DNA of 64,000 nt from a virus. The DNA lies in the IMG/VR virus record IMGVR_UViG_3300030685_000353, positions 1-64,000 of that record. One strand, 5' to 3'. The translations under genes and the position numbers were made by a program. This document shows positions 59,065 through 64,000 of this stretch, one piece after another (within the stretch, counting starts at the first letter, position 1; every line of letters starts with the position of its first letter). Below the pieces are notes generated by a model, which saw only the letters and a list, made by a program, of their open reading frames with translations, ran no database searches and had not been told where the DNA came from.

Positions 59065-61008
59065 TTAAAACAAACTATGGCTAGCTGATTTATCCGGGTT
59101 TTGCGTTCCGGTATTTTCGTCTATTGGAGGCAGTTCACTGAATAGTTCTGTATATGTCATAATCTTGACTCCTCTTAGAGTGGCTTGTGACATTTTACCA
59201 GAGCTTGAAGAGTGTGAATCAGTTAAGAGGATTTTTGCCTCTTTAAGTCCACAGTGATAATATCCATGCTTACCGAGGAACTTTTCGAGGTCACCTTTCG
59301 TTTTGAAACCAGAAGATGATGGAGAACCGGTCATTTCATATCCGATACCACCTTGGACATCTATTTCATTTTCGATTGTAATACCACGATCTTCGAGTAG
59401 CTTTTTAAAGTTGTAGACTTTTACCCATTTAGGATCATTTATTTCAAATCCATCTACCGCTTTCTTTTCGAGGCCGCTGAATGAGAATGTCTGACCAGCT
59501 ATTTTTCTAGCTAACTGTTTGGATGCAGTATGTCCGATGCCGTCGAAGCCAAGAGCTAGTATGACTCTAAAGAAAGGTATTATGGTTACCTTATCAATTT
59601 CTTCAAGCAATGCATCCAGGGTTCTTCCTTCCTTGAATTCGCCGGTTTCAATTAGCTTTTCCTTATTGAACTTTTCTTTGTCGAATAAGTCCACTATGGA
59701 TGTATATCCGGCTTTATAGAGGGTTCGTGCTGTTTCAGTACCAAAATATGCGAGTTTAATAGTTCCAATTCCACCTCTGAAGCGTCTGAACATTTTTCCT
59801 TCGCATTCCTCGTTTGGACACATTAGGTGAATCGTATCGACTACAGTAGGAGTGCCACATACCGGACATGTTAGCGGGTAGTGAAATAACTTTTCATTAC
59901 CGGGCTTATTGACCTTTGCGATAATCGGAATAATATCTCCCGATTTAACAATGGTTACTTCGGCACCCGGATAAAGCTTTTCACGGATAATATAGCCAAG
60001 GTTAAAACCTGCTGTGTTCTGAATCGTTGTCCCGTCAAGGTCGATTGGGTTTAAGCGGATGATTGGCGTAATTTCTCCTGTGGTTCCTACTGTGAATCGA
60101 TAGTCTTTTACCGTGGTTCGTGCTTCCTGAGGTGGAAACTTGATTGCGATGGCCCAATTTGGGTGGTGACCTGTATCCCCCATTTCTTTCCTCATATGTT
60201 CCGGTGCTTTAACAACGAAACCATCTAGCTGATATAGCGAATCATTTTCACGATGGGCTTTCATTTCCCAATACACTTTTTCAAATTCTATAGCTTTGAA
60301 CTTGATAGTGAAGGGTACAGGTAGATTTTGAGATGTTAACCAGGTCTGTGTATCTTTTGGGAAATCGTAATCACCGTCATGAAGCCGAACTTCTACCGGT
60401 AAAAATTCTATATCCTTTGTACTTTCTGTAATCTGGTCTGTGTTTAACATACCAGCTACAAAATTTCTGGAATTTTTAATTTCGGGCTGTATTGCCTTAT
60501 ATTTAAGGTAATTGGCAATTGAAAGGATAGCTTCGCATCGTATTTCTACGTCTCCGGTAATTCCTTTCAGAGTCTTGGGAACTTTATTGATGAATTTTGG
60601 GGTCAAATCTTTACCATATTCTTTATCTCCTCTTGAAAGAGTTTGAAGGTATCTACCTGTTTTGTAGATATGGTTAATTGCATTACCATCGAACTTAGGT
60701 GAACCTTCGAATTCAGTATCAACTGGAAACTGAGTGAACCATTTTTTCATTTGTTCTAGTGGTGGTACTCCAGCTAATGTAGCTTGGTGTTTTGCTAGGC
60801 TACACATCATACTTAAATGAGGGTATTTCTGTGTCCTATCAGAGGTAGTACCTACAATTTCAACTACTTCAGAACCCATTTCTCTTAGGGTTTCCTCTAA
60901 TTCATCAAATTCTGCATCTGACATGATTTCTTCTCCAGCATAATATGCTTCTTTTGCTTGGAGATATAATGCTTCCAATTGAATTTGTTCCTTTGTCTTT
61001 TTTGCCAT
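59065..61008 (-). CDS. ligA: NAD+-dependent DNA ligase
   Basis: YY...MSDAEFD, PKFDG, SRGD, RNFVAG, DGFVVK, AIAIKFP, SGDIIP, CPVC...C...C zinc finger, BRCT-like tail; start corrected to MAKKTK. Confidence 0.95.
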   Translation of the reverse strand: MAKKTKEQIQLEALYLQAKEAYYAGEEIMSDAEFDELEETLREMGSEVVEIVGTTSDRTQKYPHLSMMCSLAKHQATLAGVPPLEQMKKWFTQFPVDTEFEGSPKFDGNAINHIYKTGRYLQTLSRGDKEYGKDLTPKFINKVPKTLKGITGDVEIRCEAILSIANYLKYKAIQPEIKNSRNFVAGMLNTDQITESTKDIEFLPVEVRLHDGDYDFPKDTQTWLTSQNLPVPFTIKFKAIEFEKVYWEMKAHRENDSLYQLDGFVVKAPEHMRKEMGDTGHHPNWAIAIKFPPQEARTTVKDYRFTVGTTGEITPIIRLNPIDLDGTTIQNTAGFNLGYIIREKLYPGAEVTIVKSGDIIPIIAKVNKPGNEKLFHYPLTCPVCGTPTVVDTIHLMCPNEECEGKMFRRFRGGIGTIKLAYFGTETARTLYKAGYTSIVDLFDKEKFNKEKLIETGEFKEGRTLDALLEEIDKVTIIPFFRVILALGFDGIGHTASKQLARKIAGQTFSFSGLEKKAVDGFEINDPKWVKVYNFKKLLEDRGITIENEIDVQGGIGYEMTGSPSSSGFKTKGDLEKFLGKHGYYHCGLKEAKILLTDSHSSSSGKMSQATLRGVKIMTYTELFSELPPIDENTGTQNPDKSASHSLF

Positions 61009-61018
61009 ATTGATTGTT

Positions 61019-61363
61019 TTAATTACAATACAAATATAACACATTTCTCTTCAATGCCAAAATGCTATCAAATTTTTTTGATAGCATATTTAAAGCTCTT
61101 TGCTCAGTTGCATTGTAGAAGAATATGAAGTATCTGTCTATACAGAATATGTTCTGCATTCTGGAAACATGATCTAACCATAATTCTTGACGGGTAAATC
61201 TTGTCTTATAACTTACGCTTAATTGTTCTTCAAATATGTCGTAACTTGAATGATCAAGATCAGCGTATTCAGTAGGTGTCAATTCTACATAATTAGCATA
61301 CTTGAATATTGTACGTATACGTGATATACGATCGTCGATTCTGGATATCCTTAGAATTCTCAT
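61019..61363 (-). CDS. Hypothetical protein
   Basis: ORF; 3' end overlaps a promoter repeat. Confidence 0.5.
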   Translation of the reverse strand: MRILRISRIDDRISRIRTIFKYANYVELTPTEYADLDHSSYDIFEEQLSVSYKTRFTRQELWLDHVSRMQNIFCIDRYFIFFYNATEQRALNMLSKKFDSILALKRNVLYLYCN

Positions 61364-61599
61364 CGTAGTGTCCCCTGCAATCTGTTTATTTCATAGCGTA
61401 GTTCTTTAGCTTCGTCTGAAATGAAACTTTTTAAGTTGGCGTATCGAGCTTCTAATGCTTCAATTTGTATACTCGCTGCGATCTGAGTATTTCGTTTTTT
61501 CGTGCCATATGCTGGTTCGCAGTAGTTCGGGTCCTCTTTATTGTCTTTTCTAACTGAAAGGGGGCGTAAACCAGAGAAGTCATAGTCATCTTTTTTCAT
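61360..61599 (-). CDS. Hypothetical protein
   Basis: ORF behind a promoter variant. Confidence 0.55.
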   Translation of the reverse strand: MKKDDYDFSGLRPLSVRKDNKEDPNYCEPAYGTKKRNTQIAASIQIEALEARYANLKSFISDEAKELRYEINRLQGTLR

Positions 61600-61677
61600 A
61601 ACCTTTATGGAACGTGTTAGTTTAAATTTGGTTCCAATACAAAGGTAAACAAAAGAAGTTGTGTTAGAAAACGCAGC

Positions 61678-62394
61678 CTACTTTTTTTCGATATTTTGTT
61701 CCACAAATTCAGCAACCTTATCGAGATCGGCCTCTAGCATTTTCAACTCGTATACCTTTCCTTCGTCACCTGCATCTTTGCGTAATTGATCTCTTTCAAG
61801 TTCCGCTTTCTTTCTCTCTTTCAGATCAGTAGCATCTTTGATTCGCCATTCATTTAATGTAAGCAATGCTCTGTAACTTGGCCAAATGTCCACAACTTCA
61901 GCTTCAGGGTTAAATATGAGGTCTGGATCGTATGAGATATACTGTATACGAGCAATGTCTTTGCAGTGGTTATCTCTAAGTGCTCCTGTTTCAATTTCCC
62001 ATTTACGAGCAATGATACGTTCTGCGATAGTGTATGAATCCCTGGTTGCATTTGTTTTAACAATGACTTTTAAACCTCTACCAGATGGTGTAATATAGGC
62101 AGCGTATACGAATGGTAAAGTTCTAGCTATGTCTTTCACTTCCTCTACATTGTCAATATTATCCACATCCAAGCAGATGACTCCATTGTAAACATCAAGG
62201 CCGGCAATTGATCTATGGGAAAAGGTGCCTGTAGGTGTAAAGCATGGCAGATAGTCTTTCGCCTTCAGGTCAGTATGGCATTTTTCAATACGTTTTTGCC
62301 ATTCAGTGCTTTTAATTCGTTCTAAGACATCAGCTATGGTACATTGAAGTACCGGAGCTGTGCTTACTCTATTTTTAAATGTAGTAGTGTTCAT
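61678..62394 (-). CDS. BT4734/VirE N-terminal-like (AEP primase-like) protein
   Basis: LPCFTPTGTF, ICLDVD, ITPSGRGLK, CKDIARIQYISYDP. Confidence 0.82.
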   Translation of the reverse strand: MNTTTFKNRVSTAPVLQCTIADVLERIKSTEWQKRIEKCHTDLKAKDYLPCFTPTGTFSHRSIAGLDVYNGVICLDVDNIDNVEEVKDIARTLPFVYAAYITPSGRGLKVIVKTNATRDSYTIAERIIARKWEIETGALRDNHCKDIARIQYISYDPDLIFNPEAEVVDIWPSYRALLTLNEWRIKDATDLKERKKAELERDQLRKDAGDEGKVYELKMLEADLDKVAEFVEQNIEKK

Positions 62395-62756
62395 TAGATA
62401 TTTTCAAGGATTTCACGTACCGTTTTGATAAAGAATTCGGAGCATTTTGGGGATTGTAAAGCTGTTTCAATATCTGAATCAGATGCCTGTTGAAAGTATT
62501 CGTGGTATGATTTAACAATAGATACCGCTCCTATTTCATGTGCATCATATTCGATAGTACCACATGAGGTAGTTATTTTTGGTTCGCCGTAGAAATATGT
62601 AGCAGCTCCAAAATGTGAATCAATAGGAATCACGAGCATTAAATTCCGGTCTTCAAAAAGTGAATATGGTTCATCACATACTACTAATACTGGTCTACCA
62701 CAACCCTTATACATCGGGCGAATGGGTGTTTTTGGTGTTGTTTGTTGTTCTGACAT
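62394..62756 (-). CDS. Hypothetical protein
   Basis: ORF behind a promoter repeat. Confidence 0.6.
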   Translation of the reverse strand: MSEQQTTPKTPIRPMYKGCGRPVLVVCDEPYSLFEDRNLMLVIPIDSHFGAATYFYGEPKITTSCGTIEYDAHEIGAVSIVKSYHEYFQQASDSDIETALQSPKCSEFFIKTVREILENI

Positions 62757-62800
62757 AAGATGTTTATTATTTGATTACAATACAAATTTAATCAATTTTC

Positions 62801-63436
62801 TTATATGTCCAAAACGCTATCGAATTTTAATTTATTACAGTCAGATAGCGTAGCCCAGAATCGAAGAGCTTTCTGCTTCTTCATCTTTTCAGGCTTCATG
62901 CTATCAGCTCGCTTCGTAATTTCTTTGAATCCCTTGGCATAAAAAGTGATGCTTGAATAGTCACCTTTTCCTTTGCGAATGTAGATTCGATCCACAGATA
63001 AGACAGTTCCAGCTGGTAGCGTTACGATAAGCTTCGAACTTGTCTTCAAAATGTTATAGATATTATGTCGATAGACGATGTTATCTGCATTCCATTTTAC
63101 ATACTCTGGGTTGTTCAGTCTTGCTTCTTCACAGGCTTGGTTGTATGCTAACGTATCCACATATGATCGGAAATTGGCCGTCTTCTTGAACCTTGGATCA
63201 TCAGTACGAGGGTACTCAATCATGTAATCAACCGGCCTCATGATCGGTACTTCATTGGATATCCAGCCATTTAGAACTTCTTGTTTGTCGGGATATGAGA
63301 TGAAACCTCTTTCAAGACGGTAGCCCATAGCTACGCCTAAGTCTTCATTTCTGTATTCGTCGTGTAATTCAAATGACCAATCTTCTGCGAGTTTGAATGA
63401 ATCACCTATTTCGGGTACGTATAATTGTTGCATCAT
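62801..63436 (-). CDS. Conserved large-phage hypothetical protein
   Basis: YVPEIGD..LAEDWSF...LPAGTVLSVDRIYIRKG...YSSITF...RFWA. Confidence 0.65.
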   Translation of the reverse strand: MMQQLYVPEIGDSFKLAEDWSFELHDEYRNEDLGVAMGYRLERGFISYPDKQEVLNGWISNEVPIMRPVDYMIEYPRTDDPRFKKTANFRSYVDTLAYNQACEEARLNNPEYVKWNADNIVYRHNIYNILKTSSKLIVTLPAGTVLSVDRIYIRKGKGDYSSITFYAKGFKEITKRADSMKPEKMKKQKALRFWATLSDCNKLKFDSVLDI

Positions 63437-63526
63437 GGGTAAAAAATTAAAAGCGTTATGACAAAAGATAATAGTAATGCTAGTACTATTCCCAATGCCT
63501 TTTTGAAATTCTGTTTGTCTTTGGTA

Positions 63527-64000
63527 CTAATATCCATAATTCTTTGTTTCTTTTCGGCATTTAAGTTGCCAGTGGACGTTATTAGCGACTCTGTTTCCGT
63601 CTTCTAGTTTTGCATTTGGTCGTTTAAGTACCCAACCTTCATACATTTCTATTGTGACTATGTTTTCCCATAATATTTTAAAGTTATCAGGGAATGTCTC
63701 TACAACGAAACAGTTAGCAGATATACGTCTAATATATGGATCATAAGATGTGGTATCATACATGTTGGCTAAAAGATTTAGTCGTGTATCTAAATCCATT
63801 CCTACAAGTTGTAAGCCATTGAATACGAGTATATCCCATATAACGAATTTACCGTTAAATAGGTTATTATTAATATCACGTTGTGATTTATTCATGTATT
63901 CGCCTGTTAGAACCATCCAGCCTTCTCCTCTATGTAGCCGTGCTAACTCTTCTTTATCTATGAGAAGCTTATTTTTGAACTGCTCCTTATGTCTATTGTA
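63527..64000 (-). CDS. ATP-dependent DNA ligase-like nucleotidyltransferase (5' end outside the window)
   Basis: Frame open to the window edge (YNRH...); motifs LTGEY, FVIWDIL, YEGWVLK, LKCRK. Confidence 0.75.
   Translation of the reverse strand, partial: YNRHKEQFKNKLLIDKEELARLHRGEGWMVLTGEYMNKSQRDINNNLFNGKFVIWDILVFNGLQLVGMDLDTRLNLLANMYDTTSYDPYIRRISANCFVVETFPDNFKILWENIVTIEMYEGWVLKRPNAKLEDGNRVANNVHWQLKCRKETKNYGY

Larger units (their letters stand above)
46438..62816 (-). promoter_or_regulatory. Family of about 20 dispersed ~44-bp early promoter repeats (Bacteroidota-type TAnnTTTG)
   Basis: Minus-strand consensus CGTTT-N~8-GATAGAATTGTATTATATTTGTATTGTAATT; copies begin at about 46438, 47593, 48338, 49088, 49731, 50809, 51858, 52656, 53325, 54307, 54395, 54482, 54974, 55551, 56409, 57052, 58922, 61021, 61630, 62773; most lie 10-45 nt upstream of an ATG. 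Confidence 0.85.

Noticed and set aside
48896-61044. Shared N-terminal peptide M(Y/C)YICIVIK on several ORF-track proteins
   Set aside because: Artefact of translating through the promoter repeat from TTG/GTG; real ATG starts lie downstream
46438-62816. Repeats as a CRISPR array or integron attC sites
   Set aside because: Spacing is hundreds to thousands of bp and contains whole ORFs; the repeats are non-palindromic and match a promoter consensus; no cas or integrase gene is seen
1-64000. Genome-wide TAG reassignment (code 15)
   Set aside because: Long genes are intact under code 11 and about eleven genes end in TAG; only one in-frame TAG was found

Overview
This window is part of the genome of a large, AT-rich, T4-like (contractile-tailed, probably jumbo) bacteriophage, almost entirely coded on the minus strand. 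The host is probably Bacteroidota: about 22 copies of a promoter carry the Bacteroidota -7 element TAnnTTTG, and there are FN3-lipoprotein and BT4734/VirE-like genes. 1-23 kb: virion and packaging genes (tail fibre-like protein, tape measure, chaperones, tail tube, tail sheath, large and small terminase, neck), an ECF sigma factor and an exonuclease. 20-38 kb: replication and nucleotide metabolism (clamp loader, RNase H/FEN, sigma70, HAD phosphatases, MazG-like, DenV, class II RNR) plus a plus-strand glycosyltransferase and Ser/Thr-Gly repeat protein pair. 38-45 kb: paralogue arrays. A repeat-rich non-coding block lies at 45.5-46 kb. 46-64 kb: a putative early region of small genes in promoter-delimited cassettes, with atypical tRNA-like genes and two DNA ligases. 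Two observations stand out. (1) A Pth2-like peptidyl-tRNA hydrolase gene missed by the ORF track begins ATG-CTA-TAG (in-frame amber at codon 3) and lies about 600 bp from a structurally unusual tRNA with a CUA (amber suppressor) anticodon. (2) Four dispersed, mostly unrelated proteins share a C-terminal tag, [KHR]RGxIx[SG]xKFGF-COOH. All calls are from manual reading and motif recognition; no searches were run.
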